A stretch of DNA of 64,000 nt from IMG/VR virus record IMGVR_UViG_3300044627_003120; one strand, 5' to 3'. Made by a program: the position numbers and the translations under genes. Of the stretch, positions 7,387 through 15,918 are shown in pieces. Numbering within the stretch: position 1 is the stretch's first letter; every line of letters begins with the position of its first letter. Under the pieces are notes generated by a model. That model was not told where the DNA came from. It was given only the letters and a program-made list of their open reading frames with translations, and made no database searches. The DNA is from an uncultured virus (IMG/VR IMGVR_UViG_3300044627_003120). Taxonomy: Duplodnaviria; Heunggongvirae; Uroviricota; Caudoviricetes.

Positions 7387-7500
7387 CTAACTAAGTGCAA
7401 TACCTAACACAACACACAATGCAACCGCAGTGAATGCGCTGATTAGTCCTGCTGCTGGATAGTCTTCTACCCAATCAATAAACATAGTGAATGGATTCAT
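7387..7500 (-). CDS. 37-aa single-TM mini-protein
   Basis: MNPFTMFIDWVEDYPAAGLISAFTAVALCVVLGIALS. Confidence 0.55.
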   Translation of the reverse strand: MNPFTMFIDWVEDYPAAGLISAFTAVALCVVLGIALS

Positions 7501-7646
7501 TAGTTTTCTTCTTTCGCTAATAGGTATTCGTTATTTAGGGGGCGAGAATTGTTTGAGAACATAGCCTCTACCATAGCCTTGTCTTTTATTGACTGAGCAG
7601 CACGGCGTTCCTGTTGCTCTTTTAGTATTCTATTATAAGTGTCCAT
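7500..7646 (-). CDS. 48-aa hypothetical protein
   Basis: MDTYNRILKEQQERRAAQS..., directly after promoter copy 8. Confidence 0.6.
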   Translation of the reverse strand: MDTYNRILKEQQERRAAQSIKDKAMVEAMFSNNSRPLNNEYLLAKEEN

Positions 7647-7683
7647 GTAGGGGGGTAACCTTTCTTGTTTTCGTTATGTTGCA

Positions 7684-7811
7684 AGTATAGCAGGGGGGAC
7701 TGACAAATTGCGGCGTATAGTGGGCGTGTCGTGAAACTATTTTATGTGATTTACAACACAAAAACTATCCACATAGCCTGTGGATAACTTTACCTAGGCA
7801 TTGGCGTGTCG
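7684..7811 (-). promoter_or_regulatory. Promoter copy 8, GCGTGTCG x2, CRP-like box, inverted DnaA boxes, CCTAGG
   Basis: TGTCAG TCCCCCCTGC TATACT (7705-7684); GCGTGTCG 7724 and 7804; TGTGA-N6-ACACA 7745; CTATCCACA 7765; TGTGGATAA 7779; CCTAGG 7793. Confidence 0.65.
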
Positions 7812-7939
7812 GATTATGTGCTCACTATATTTTTGTGATAGTATTTATATAAACACGTATCATACATCTGAACAAAATATTCAGATTTTAGGCTATTTGG
7901 GTTTTATAAAATTTTTCAGAATTATGCTATAATAAATTC

Positions 7940-8038
7940 ATGACTGAAGAATTAGACGAATATGGCTATGAAGGCGATAACTGCTGTGCTGGATGTACAT
8001 GCAAGATTGCTCATAGTTCAGTACCACCAGTAGAATAA
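7940..8038 (+). CDS. 32-aa CCxxCxC peptide, leaderless
   Basis: MTEELDEYGYEGDNCCAGCTCKIAHSSVPPVE; ATG 6 nt after TGCTATAAT. Confidence 0.5.
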   Translation: MTEELDEYGYEGDNCCAGCTCKIAHSSVPPVE

Positions 8039-8047
8039 TTTTTTTAA

Positions 8048-8722
8048 ATGAATGATTTATTTCTATTTAACTCACCTCCAAGATGTGGCAATGTGTTTTC
8101 TACATTTTTGTTTTCTTTATTTATTCATGGAAACACAAGAAAATGCACAGACGTAGAAAAATATTCAGATAAGACACAAAAACAAGCAGCATTCTTTCGT
8201 AACCCATATGACTCTTTGCCATCATACGTGCTAAAAGCAAGGGTAGATGTCGGAGCACCGATTGATAAAAACAATCCTGCTGATCTTGTTAACAACATAG
8301 AAGTTTTTGCAAAACAATATCTTGACACTATAAAGCAAGCAAAAGCAAACCAATCAAACATATACATTGGTAAGTCTGAAGATTTAATGGCAGATCCGAT
8401 TGGCACAATAAAAGATATTGCTTTATTTTTTAATATTAAAATACAGAATAATCATTTTTCTGACAACGAAGAACTTATTAAAGAAATTAAGAACAGAATG
8501 AACAACACAGAAAGAACCAGGGTAGATAAAAATGGGGAAACTATAGTTGAAACTCTTATGTCAGTTCATGATGGACATATGCCTAGAGAGAAAACAGAAG
8601 ATAGAATTTTTTTAGACAAACTTGTTCGAGAAACTGATTCAAATATTGTAACTCAATGTTATAATGAATATATATCGATTATATCTACAAATGCGAAAGA
8701 AGGAAAAAGATGGGAATACTAG
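8048..8722 (+). CDS. Sulfotransferase-like protein
   Basis: NSPPRCGN (5'-PSB-like), RNPYDSL (3'-PB-like), EDLMADP. Confidence 0.5.
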   Translation: MNDLFLFNSPPRCGNVFSTFLFSLFIHGNTRKCTDVEKYSDKTQKQAAFFRNPYDSLPSYVLKARVDVGAPIDKNNPADLVNNIEVFAKQYLDTIKQAKANQSNIYIGKSEDLMADPIGTIKDIALFFNIKIQNNHFSDNEELIKEIKNRMNNTERTRVDKNGETIVETLMSVHDGHMPREKTEDRIFLDKLVRETDSNIVTQCYNEYISIISTNAKEGKRWEY

Positions 8723-8922
8723 AAAATTTTGAAAATGCTTGGGATATAGATTTTCAAGAAGAGCCAAAGGCTCCTGAGTTTGAATCTAAGCCAATGCCAG
8801 AAACAGACAACATGGGTAGGTCAACTGGTGCATGGACAAAAGGTCCAGCCGTATATGATTCTTTAACTGTAAAACTATTTGAAGAAGCATGCTGCACTAA
8901 CTGTTCTTGCAAATCAGAATAA
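8710..8922 (+). CDS. Small protein with C-terminal CCxxCxC
   Basis: 70-aa ORF ending ACCTNCSCKSE. Confidence 0.6.
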   Translation: MGILENFENAWDIDFQEEPKAPEFESKPMPETDNMGRSTGAWTKGPAVYDSLTVKLFEEACCTNCSCKSE

Positions 8923-8923
8923 A

Positions 8924-9514
8924 TTAAGGATAAGCAGATCCATCTGATTGTTCAACATCTTCAAATAAAAATTTATTAAGTTTTACTGGTTTGTCAACAG
9001 AGCCTCTAACAAATGTTGTAGAAAAATATCTATTAGATCCATCTGTAACTGGTTTTGTTCCATGTTTAATGTTTCCACCATGCATAACTAAAGACCTTGC
9101 TTTTGGTTTGTGTAAAATTTCCAGGGACGGATAACTAATCTCGCCTCCTGTATAATCATCATTATAATATATAACTATTCCAAACCTTACATAAGACTCT
9201 GGGTCAAAAGTATGATAATCTTTATGTACAGCCATTGGCTTATCATCTTTGTGTCTTTGTAAGCACACACCGTACATTACTGAATATTGAGAAAAAAGAC
9301 TTGCAATGTTTGCATCTATTTCTGAAAAAACATCTGGCAACTCACCAAGTTTTTGTCGTCCATAGAAAAAGCCTCTTTTGTATTCATCATTATGAGATTT
9401 CCACCATTCATCTTCATCAAGGTTTGTGCAATAGTCCAAAACCCTTTTTTGCTGATCAACTGTTAAAAAATCTTCAATCTCATATATGTCAGGAGATATC
9501 CTGTTTATCTTCAT
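8924..9514 (-). CDS. 2OG-Fe(II) oxygenase, prolyl-4-hydroxylase-like
   Basis: HKD, YYNDDYTGGEI, HGTKPV, RY. Confidence 0.8.
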   Translation of the reverse strand: MKINRISPDIYEIEDFLTVDQQKRVLDYCTNLDEDEWWKSHNDEYKRGFFYGRQKLGELPDVFSEIDANIASLFSQYSVMYGVCLQRHKDDKPMAVHKDYHTFDPESYVRFGIVIYYNDDYTGGEISYPSLEILHKPKARSLVMHGGNIKHGTKPVTDGSNRYFSTTFVRGSVDKPVKLNKFLFEDVEQSDGSAYP

Positions 9515-9704
9515 CGACCAACTCCCACATTCTGATATCTACAAATCCATACATAACTTGCTGAGCCTTTTCCTCTGAACTTGCTTCAACAAAAAGATTT
9601 ACAGCAGATTCAATATCAACGCCTGGCTTGTATTCTGTTTTTGCATTTTCCAGATAAGTCTCTTGAACTTTTTCAAGAATCGGACGGTATTGATATTTAG
9701 GCAA
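9489..9704 (-). CDS. Hypothetical protein
   Basis: ORF in a tightly packed minus-strand operon; TTG start proposed. Confidence 0.55.
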   Translation of the reverse strand: MPKYQYRPILEKVQETYLENAKTEYKPGVDIESAVNLFVEASSEEKAQQVMYGFVDIRMWELVDEDKQDIS

Positions 9705-9882
9705 TTGCCTTAACATCCTTTAACTTATCATAAATGTTTCCAAAGATAAAAACCAAACTTGGCTGACTCTGCTCAATTTGCTTATTAGTATCTTCTTCGC
9801 TCATTCCATTATGAAGACACATAGTTCTATTATCTTCGTTAATGCTATCTAACATGATCTTGATAACTTCGTCTTTTGTCAT
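9697..9882 (-). CDS. Hypothetical protein
   Basis: 61-aa ORF. Confidence 0.6.
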   Translation of the reverse strand: MTKDEVIKIMLDSINEDNRTMCLHNGMSEEDTNKQIEQSQPSLVFIFGNIYDKLKDVKAIA

Positions 9883-9886
9883 TTTT

Positions 9887-10093
9887 TCACCATTTCTCTA
9901 TTGGACATTTTGCTTCTTGCAATGTGGTTTTCAATTTCATGAAACATCCACACTTCCTACATTTTTGAAGTGATTTTTTAAACCACTCACACTCATTGCA
10001 TATTTTAAGGCGGGATTCAATGAGTTCACGATTTGATCTTGGTTGATTAGGATCAAATAAGTCCGTAAACTTAACATCATCACTCACTTCCAC
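9887..10093 (-). CDS. Small Cys-rich protein (DUF6171-like), paralog 1
   Basis: RLxICxxC...CxKCGCxM..K..L..A.CP..KW. Confidence 0.7.
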   Translation of the reverse strand: MEVSDDVKFTDLFDPNQPRSNRELIESRLKICNECEWFKKSLQKCRKCGCFMKLKTTLQEAKCPIEKW

Positions 10094-10854
10094 TCCACCT
10101 CTTGATCATATGTAACCGAATACTCTCCACCAAATATTTCAGCATATGACACTATATCTCTATTATACCTTATAACGGTATTGATACCAACTTTGTCGCA
10201 CATGTACTTCATACCCTGGACTAGTGGCTCAAAAGCCATCTGCTGGCCTGCTAGGGCATTGTTTAGGGTATCTAAATATCTTTCCTTGCCATAACGTTTA
10301 GATACAAATGCTTGGTCTACATATTCAAATCTTGCATCTCTATCATTATCCCTTGCAATGTCCGAATTGTCCGTTATGTACTTAACTGCAGGATGATTCA
10401 TCCGTGTAGACCAGTTTCGCATGTTATCGCTGTACTTCTCCATGTTCTTTAGAGTTGAGTCAGCGAAAGCCATGCGTATAAGGTCTTTTTCGGAAAGATC
10501 AACCTCTGTTGCGAACGAAATCAAAAAAGCGGTTGCATATGGGAACTTGTCAGTATATGTCGTCACGCCGAAATGAACATTTGGATTAAACGACTCGACT
10601 GACATATTGTCATCAAGTAGGCGCATATGATTTCCGAGAGATACATACTCTTGTCGATTCATATCACAATCGACGAACAAACATTCTTCTGGATTGATCC
10701 CGTCGGCGAGACATAAAATATTTTTGTCATATGAACCCACTATTTTCGAACCGTTAAAACGCTCTAATAATTTTGCGGTCATAAAACCATCCATGTCAGG
10801 GGATATAATCAAATTCTTAGAATGCTCCAATGTGTTAAGTATCTCTGTTTTCAT
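10084..10854 (-). CDS. DHH-superfamily phosphoesterase-like protein
   Basis: ISPDMDG (DxDG), FVDCD, GNH in place of DHH. Confidence 0.5.
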   Translation of the reverse strand: MKTEILNTLEHSKNLIISPDMDGFMTAKLLERFNGSKIVGSYDKNILCLADGINPEECLFVDCDMNRQEYVSLGNHMRLLDDNMSVESFNPNVHFGVTTYTDKFPYATAFLISFATEVDLSEKDLIRMAFADSTLKNMEKYSDNMRNWSTRMNHPAVKYITDNSDIARDNDRDARFEYVDQAFVSKRYGKERYLDTLNNALAGQQMAFEPLVQGMKYMCDKVGINTVIRYNRDIVSYAEIFGGEYSVTYDQEVEWK

Positions 10855-10883
10855 TTAGTATAAACGTCCCTTATAATAATGTC

Positions 10884-11150
10884 ATGACTGTGCAAGACTG
10901 GGCTTCCCTAATCGTAGCAATACTTACAATTGTATCATCTCTCGGTCTTGCAATCAAGTGGCTTGTAAAACATTATTTAAGCGAACTTAAAACCAATGGT
11001 GGATCATCACTAAAAGACCAAATAAATAGACTTGAAGATGCTGTTGAAGGTCAAAGAGTTGACTCTATAATGTCACGAGATAGACAAGAGAAGAAACTTG
11101 ATGAAATGTATAAAATATTAATTGAGCATATTGCTAAAAGCAATAAGTAA
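10884..11150 (+). CDS. Single-TM coiled-coil membrane protein (holin-like)
   Basis: N-terminal TM, NGGSSLKDQINRLE. Confidence 0.55.
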   Translation: MTVQDWASLIVAILTIVSSLGLAIKWLVKHYLSELKTNGGSSLKDQINRLEDAVEGQRVDSIMSRDRQEKKLDEMYKILIEHIAKSNK

Positions 11151-11345
11151 TTCCCTATATACTATATATAATATATCTTCTATATATAAAACTTAAAGAT
11201 AGTTCTTTTTTCTTATATATTTTAAGTATACACTATCCGACATCCTGACTATTAAGACTTATTATGACAAAACGGACATTACCTATTATAACAATTTTAT
11301 AACTTTAAATATCACTGTCCGAATTGTACTGATATGATATACTTT
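11151..11345. other. Very AT-rich non-coding segment with (TA)n runs
   Basis: About 200 nt with no ORF; ctatatactatatataatatat... Confidence 0.6.
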
Positions 11346-11350
11346 AATCT

Positions 11351-11406
11351 GACTAGTACTCTGGTTTGTCTCTCATACCCACCAGCCTGAGTACTAGTCT
11401 TTTTTT
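11351..11406 (+). ncRNA. Candidate small hairpin RNA or terminator
   Basis: TGATATACT at 11335-11343, stem GACTAGTACT/AGTACTAGTC, then T7. Confidence 0.4.
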
Positions 11407-11422
11407 ATGGTATAATCTCAAT

Positions 11423-11803
11423 ATGAGTCTTTGTTCACCTGAGATATTTGGAGCAGATCCTGCTCGAATCAAATGGAATATAGTTAGAGGAGATACCTCT
11501 CCGCTTAGAGTTGAATTTTTAGAAGACGACGAAACAACATATTTTGATACCTCTGATTGGACATTTGAAGCCACTTCTTATGATCCTCAGTCTGATGTTC
11601 TTGATGCCTTGGAAGTTACAGCAGGAGAAGGATATGTAGATATTATGGCTCCAGCATCTCTGACTCAATTCTGGGGTACTGGATTTAAATCAGTTGTAAC
11701 AGAGTTAACATTTGATCTTCAGGTTACTATTGATGAAGACACAGTTTGGACACCTTTGATTGGAACTATCTCTGTAATAGGAGATATTACGGGTAGCCTA
11801 TAA
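11423..11803 (+). CDS. Minor virion protein, RGDT beta-sandwich paralog 1
   Basis: WNIVRGDT...FDLQV...GTISVIGDIT; leaderless start at 11423. Confidence 0.65.
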   Translation: MSLCSPEIFGADPARIKWNIVRGDTSPLRVEFLEDDETTYFDTSDWTFEATSYDPQSDVLDALEVTAGEGYVDIMAPASLTQFWGTGFKSVVTELTFDLQVTIDEDTVWTPLIGTISVIGDITGSL

Positions 11804-11889
11804 TGGCAGTAGTAAAAGTTACAACTCCAAGACCTGATTTACCGCCAGTAATTAAAATTAAGAATAAAATATTTAAAGTAAACAAATAA
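11803..11889 (+). CDS. 28-aa peptide
   Basis: MAVVKVTTPRPDLPPVIKIKNKIFKVNK, TAATG coupling. Confidence 0.45.
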   Translation: MAVVKVTTPRPDLPPVIKIKNKIFKVNK

Positions 11890-11907
11890 TCATGAGATAA
11901 TATTTGT

Positions 11908-12639
11908 ATGGCTACTTCTAAATCTATGGACTTTCCAGGTGCGAAAAAATCTTCTTATGCTGCACAAGTAGAGCAAAGTCAAGCATCTCCTTCTATAGAC
12001 AATTCTCTTTCATTTCTTCCAGTCCCTGGCCCAGTCGGACCACAGGGACCATCAGGTAGAGATGGAAAAGATGGAAAAGAAGGACCTCAAGGACCAGAAG
12101 GAAAGCCAGGTCCAAAAGGTGATAAAGGAGTAGCAGGAAAAGACGGGTTAAGTTCTTTATCATCTTCAGGACAACAAGCAGGATGGGCATCTTACATAAA
12201 CACAATTACAAAACCAACAAAACTTGGTATTTCTCAAGGAAATGATGGCTGGGTAACACTTTTGTTAGACACAAAGGACAAATCACAAAACGAGTTATAC
12301 CTTCCTAAAGGATGTACCAGTCTTTGGAATAGTCATCAAAGAGCCCTAAACTTCCACGGTATAAAAGAAGGATCTCAAATATTCGTAACATATAACTTTG
12401 AACTAACTACCTATACAGCCAACACTGAGGTTTGGCTAAGGACATACTTTGCAAGCAAGGATCAGGAGTTTGTCCAGTTTGTAGGTTCGTTAAAGTACCA
12501 GAATGTCTACAACCTTTCAGTTACACAAAATATATTTATTGAGGACAAGGCTATGTGGGGTAATGGGGCAGTTCCGCAGATTAGAACAGACTTTGATGCA
12601 TCTGTAATTCTTAATTCTATATACGTCAGCGTGGTATAA
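11908..12639 (+). CDS. Collagen-like (Gly-X-Y) minor tail/fibre protein
   Basis: About 14 G-X-Y triplets followed by a globular domain. Confidence 0.8.
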   Translation: MATSKSMDFPGAKKSSYAAQVEQSQASPSIDNSLSFLPVPGPVGPQGPSGRDGKDGKEGPQGPEGKPGPKGDKGVAGKDGLSSLSSSGQQAGWASYINTITKPTKLGISQGNDGWVTLLLDTKDKSQNELYLPKGCTSLWNSHQRALNFHGIKEGSQIFVTYNFELTTYTANTEVWLRTYFASKDQEFVQFVGSLKYQNVYNLSVTQNIFIEDKAMWGNGAVPQIRTDFDASVILNSIYVSVV

Positions 12640-12646
12640 TAAAATC

Positions 12647-13276
12647 ATGGCATTTCCAGGAGAACTTAATATAAATTACTATAAGGGTGACACCTATGAG
12701 TTTAAAATCTACCCTCAAAAGACTGATGGATCTATTTTTCAATTAAACGATTACAGCAATGCCACATTCACAATTGCCACAGAGCGTGGAGAAGACCCAG
12801 TAACAAGGATTTTTGGCCATGCCTCAATTGATGGCAGCGGAACTTATATTACCTGTGCCATTACTCCTGATAATGGAGCGATAATGAACTCGTCCACTAC
12901 ATATGTTTATGATGTTCAAATTTATTCTCAAGGATCAGGAACATATGATAAAGTTATTACACTTTTAACTGGATCAATTTCAGTAACAGATGACATAACT
13001 CAAGATATTGGAAATCCAAGTAGAGCAATTCCTACATATCGTGTTATATATCATAATACTAATGCAACTGGAGGAGCAGTTCCAACCGATCAAAATAAGT
13101 ACGTTACAAATCAAGATCCAGTTGTTGCAAATAATGGAACTCTTGTAAGAGAAGGTTTTACATTTTCTGGCTGGAACACAGCAGCAGATGGACTTGGAGT
13201 TAATTACGCAGTAGGATCTACAATTCTAAATATTAGTGCAGACGTAAAACTTTATCCTAAGTGGACGGCAGTATGA
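12647..13276 (+). CDS. Virion protein: KGDT domain plus Listeria-Bacteroides (InlB B) repeat
   Basis: YYKGDT...YDVQI; REGFTFSGWNTAADG...LYPKW. Confidence 0.75.
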   Translation: MAFPGELNINYYKGDTYEFKIYPQKTDGSIFQLNDYSNATFTIATERGEDPVTRIFGHASIDGSGTYITCAITPDNGAIMNSSTTYVYDVQIYSQGSGTYDKVITLLTGSISVTDDITQDIGNPSRAIPTYRVIYHNTNATGGAVPTDQNKYVTNQDPVVANNGTLVREGFTFSGWNTAADGLGVNYAVGSTILNISADVKLYPKWTAV

Positions 13277-13860
13277 CAAACATATTTGTATCACCTGATG
13301 ATGTTAAGGTAATTGGTGGCACAACTGATGTTCAAGTAAATGTAGATTTTGGTCCACAAGGAGATAGGGGAAATCTTTTTCTTGTAGGATATGGAGATCC
13401 AAATACAATATCACATTCTGTTACATTACAACTACTTGATCTATATATCAACGTACAAGCAACAGATGAAGACTATCTTGTTATGTATCAATATGTAAAC
13501 CAGGGTGGAGTTAATACTTGGGTTCAAACTTCTAAGTTGATGACAGACAAGTTTAGTGTAATTAGACAGGTTTCCTTTACAAATGGAGAGGCTACTGATA
13601 CTGTAGATTTTAAGGTTTCTAATATTGTTCCTATGAGTCTTGTTAGTGGTTTAACAGAGCAAAATTTTAATATTCAATGCACCTTCTCTCACCCCGAAAA
13701 TCCTATAGCACACTCAATATCTATAAATCCAATAACAATTCAGGCTGGTACTGGGGATGTAATACTTCCAATTAATATCCGTGCCGTTGAGTTTTCTGGA
13801 GGGGAGTGGACTGGACTAAACGAAACAGCATATGTTCATTTCCTAATTACGGTGGTATAA
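13273..13860 (+). CDS. Minor virion protein
   Basis: VDFGPQGDRG motif, within the fibre gene block. Confidence 0.6.
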   Translation: MTNIFVSPDDVKVIGGTTDVQVNVDFGPQGDRGNLFLVGYGDPNTISHSVTLQLLDLYINVQATDEDYLVMYQYVNQGGVNTWVQTSKLMTDKFSVIRQVSFTNGEATDTVDFKVSNIVPMSLVSGLTEQNFNIQCTFSHPENPIAHSISINPITIQAGTGDVILPINIRAVEFSGGEWTGLNETAYVHFLITVV

Positions 13861-13879
13861 TCTAAGATGGTGATATGTG

Positions 13880-15886
13880 ATGGCTGCTGAATTTATTGAT
13901 GATACAGAAAATGGCTCTGGGTTATACCCAACCAAGATACCTGGTTATGAAGATGCAGCAGATATTCAGGAAGCCTTAAGACTTTATCACTATGGATCAA
14001 CAATAATCCCAACAGACAACAATCTTGGAACACCAAACGGTATAAATACAAAATCAGTAGCAGGACACCTTAAAAGTTTAGCCAATGCAGATTCTACACA
14101 CGCTGCCCTAACACAAAATGTTCACGGGATAGACGATACATCACTTTTAGCAACAACAGCATATGTTACAAACGCAATAGAAACATCAACTGGAGGATAT
14201 CCCGATCTTGCTGGAACAGGGCTTGGTTGGAATTCTGTAGACACAAGGTTTGATGTAGAGCCAAGAATTGCAAATACTAACACTGTTATAACAAAAACAT
14301 CTGGTTTTACCTTGGAGTTAGGTGATGTTAGCAAAACCATTCTTCTTAATACTTCGTCTACAATGAATTTGACTATTCCCACAAATTCTGCAGTAGCAAT
14401 TCCAGTTGGATATAAGTATCATTTAATTGAAATAGGATCAGGAATAACAACGTTTGTTCCAGGATCAGGTGTAACTATTAATAGCAAAAATGCACAACTT
14501 TTTATTGATACACAATACGGACAAGTTACACTTATAAAAATTGCAGAAAATTCTTGGATTGCTTATGGCGATATATATGAAGGAGCCTCTACTCCTACAC
14601 CAATTGCTCCAACTCCAACTCCCGTAGCACCAACACCTGTTGCTCCTACACCTACTCCAGTTGCTCCAACTCCAGTAGCACCAATTCCTACACCAACTGC
14701 TCCAGTAACACCAACTGCGCCAACACCAACACCAGTAGAACCTACACCAACACCTACCACACCAACACCTGTTGCTCCCGTTACACCTACCGAACCAACA
14801 CCTGTTGCTCCCGTTACACCTACCGAACCAACACCTGTTGCTCCCGTTACACCTACCGAACCAACACCTGTTGCACCAGTTGCCCCAGTAGCACTTGATT
14901 GTTCTAATGCTGGTTCTTTAAACCAGACACAATGTGCAGCATGTAACTACACATGGTCTGGAGGACAGTGTTACGATAATCCTTCACCAGTAGCACCAAC
15001 TCCAACTCCCGTAGCACCAGTTGCACCAGTTGCACCTGTAGCACTTGATTGTTCTAATGCTGGTTCACTAAACGAAACACAATGTGCAGAATGTAACTAC
15101 ACCTGGTCTGGAGGCCAATGTATTGACTCTCCAGCACCAGTAGCACCTACACCTACACCTACTCCCGTAGCACCTGTTACACCAACAACACCTGTTGCTC
15201 CCGTTACACCTACCGCTCCAACACCTGTCGCCCCTGTCGCCCCTGTAGCACTTGATTGTTCTAATGCTGGTTCACTAAACGAAACACAATGTGCAGAATG
15301 TAACTACACCTGGTCAGGTGGTCAATGCATAGACTCGCCAAGCCCTTTTAGCGGAGGGGGAGGCGACACCCCAACACCAACACCTGTTGCACCAACTCCA
15401 ACTCCAGTTGCTCCAACACCAACCCCCGTAGCACCTACGCCAACTCCCGTAGCACCAACTCCAACTCCCGTAGCACCAACTCCAACTCCAGTTGCTCCAA
15501 CACCAACCCCCGTAGCACCTACGCCAACTCCCGTAGCACCAGTTGCCCCAGTAGCACTTGATTGTTCTAATGCTGGTTCTTTAAACCAGACACAGTGTGC
15601 AGCATGTAACTATACTTGGTCTGGAGGACAGTGCATTGACTCTCCAACACCAACTCCCGTAGCACCTGTTGCTCCAACAGCACCACCGTTTTTCCCATTC
15701 TTCCCACCATTCTTCCCTTACTTCCCGTTCTTTCCATTCTTCCCACCGTTCTTCCCGTTCTTCCCATACTTCCCATATTTTGCTCCAGTAGCACCTGTTA
15801 CGCCAACCGCGCCAACTGCACCAACACCAGTATATGATCCACTTGCTCCATATTTCCCATATTTTACAATTGAGGGTGGCCAGTAG
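13880..15886 (+). CDS. Fibre/adhesin with Pro-Thr mucin-like stalk, four Cys repeats and a PFF tract
   Basis: [10 protein letters not shown] fibre repeat, PTPVAP repeats, [27 protein letters not shown] x4, PPFFPFF... Confidence 0.75.
   Translation: MAAEFIDDTENGSGLYPTKIPGYEDAADIQEALRLYHYGSTIIPTDNNLGTPNGINTKSVAGHLKSLANADSTHAALTQNVHGIDDTSLLATTAYVTNAIETSTGGYPDLAGTGLGWNSVDTRFDVEPRIANTNTVITKTSGFTLELGDVSKTILLNTSSTMNLTIPTNSAVAIPVGYKYHLIEIGSGITTFVPGSGVTINSKNAQLFIDTQYGQVTLIKIAENSWIAYGDIYEGASTPTPIAPTPTPVAPTPVAPTPTPVAPTPVAPIPTPTAPVTPTAPTPTPVEPTPTPTTPTPVAPVTPTEPTPVAPVTPTEPTPVAPVTPTEPTPVAPVAPVALDCSNAGSLNQTQCAACNYTWSGGQCYDNPSPVAPTPTPVAPVAPVAPVALDCSNAGSLNETQCAECNYTWSGGQCIDSPAPVAPTPTPTPVAPVTPTTPVAPVTPTAPTPVAPVAPVALDCSNAGSLNETQCAECNYTWSGGQCIDSPSPFSGGGGDTPTPTPVAPTPTPVAPTPTPVAPTPTPVAPTPTPVAPTPTPVAPTPTPVAPTPTPVAPVAPVALDCSNAGSLNQTQCAACNYTWSGGQCIDSPTPTPVAPVAPTAPPFFPFFPPFFPYFPFFPFFPPFFPFFPYFPYFAPVAPVTPTAPTAPTPVYDPLAPYFPYFTIEGGQ
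14762..14860 (+). repeat. Perfect 33-bp tandem repeat x3 ([11 protein letters not shown])
   Basis: ccaacacctgttgctcccgttacacctaccgaa x3. Confidence 0.9.
14891..15634 (+). repeat. Four dispersed 81-bp Cys-rich repeats
   Basis: Starts at 14891, 15041, 15248, 15554. Confidence 0.9.
15683..15781 (+). repeat. PFF/PYF coding repeat tract 1
   Basis: (ccattcttc)n-like. Confidence 0.9.
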
Positions 15887-15918
15887 TTTAGGTTTTTGAT
15901 ATAGTGTATAATTAAAAC

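Noticed and set aside
940..7811. Recurring early-region repeats as a CRISPR array
   Set aside because: Irregular spacing with genes in between; no constant repeat-spacer period; no cas genes
14563..14760. Minus-strand (VG/ATG)-rich ORF and similar antisense ORFs (e.g. 45217-45858, 57105-57599, 717-932)
   Set aside because: Antisense to well-supported genes; low-complexity mirror translations
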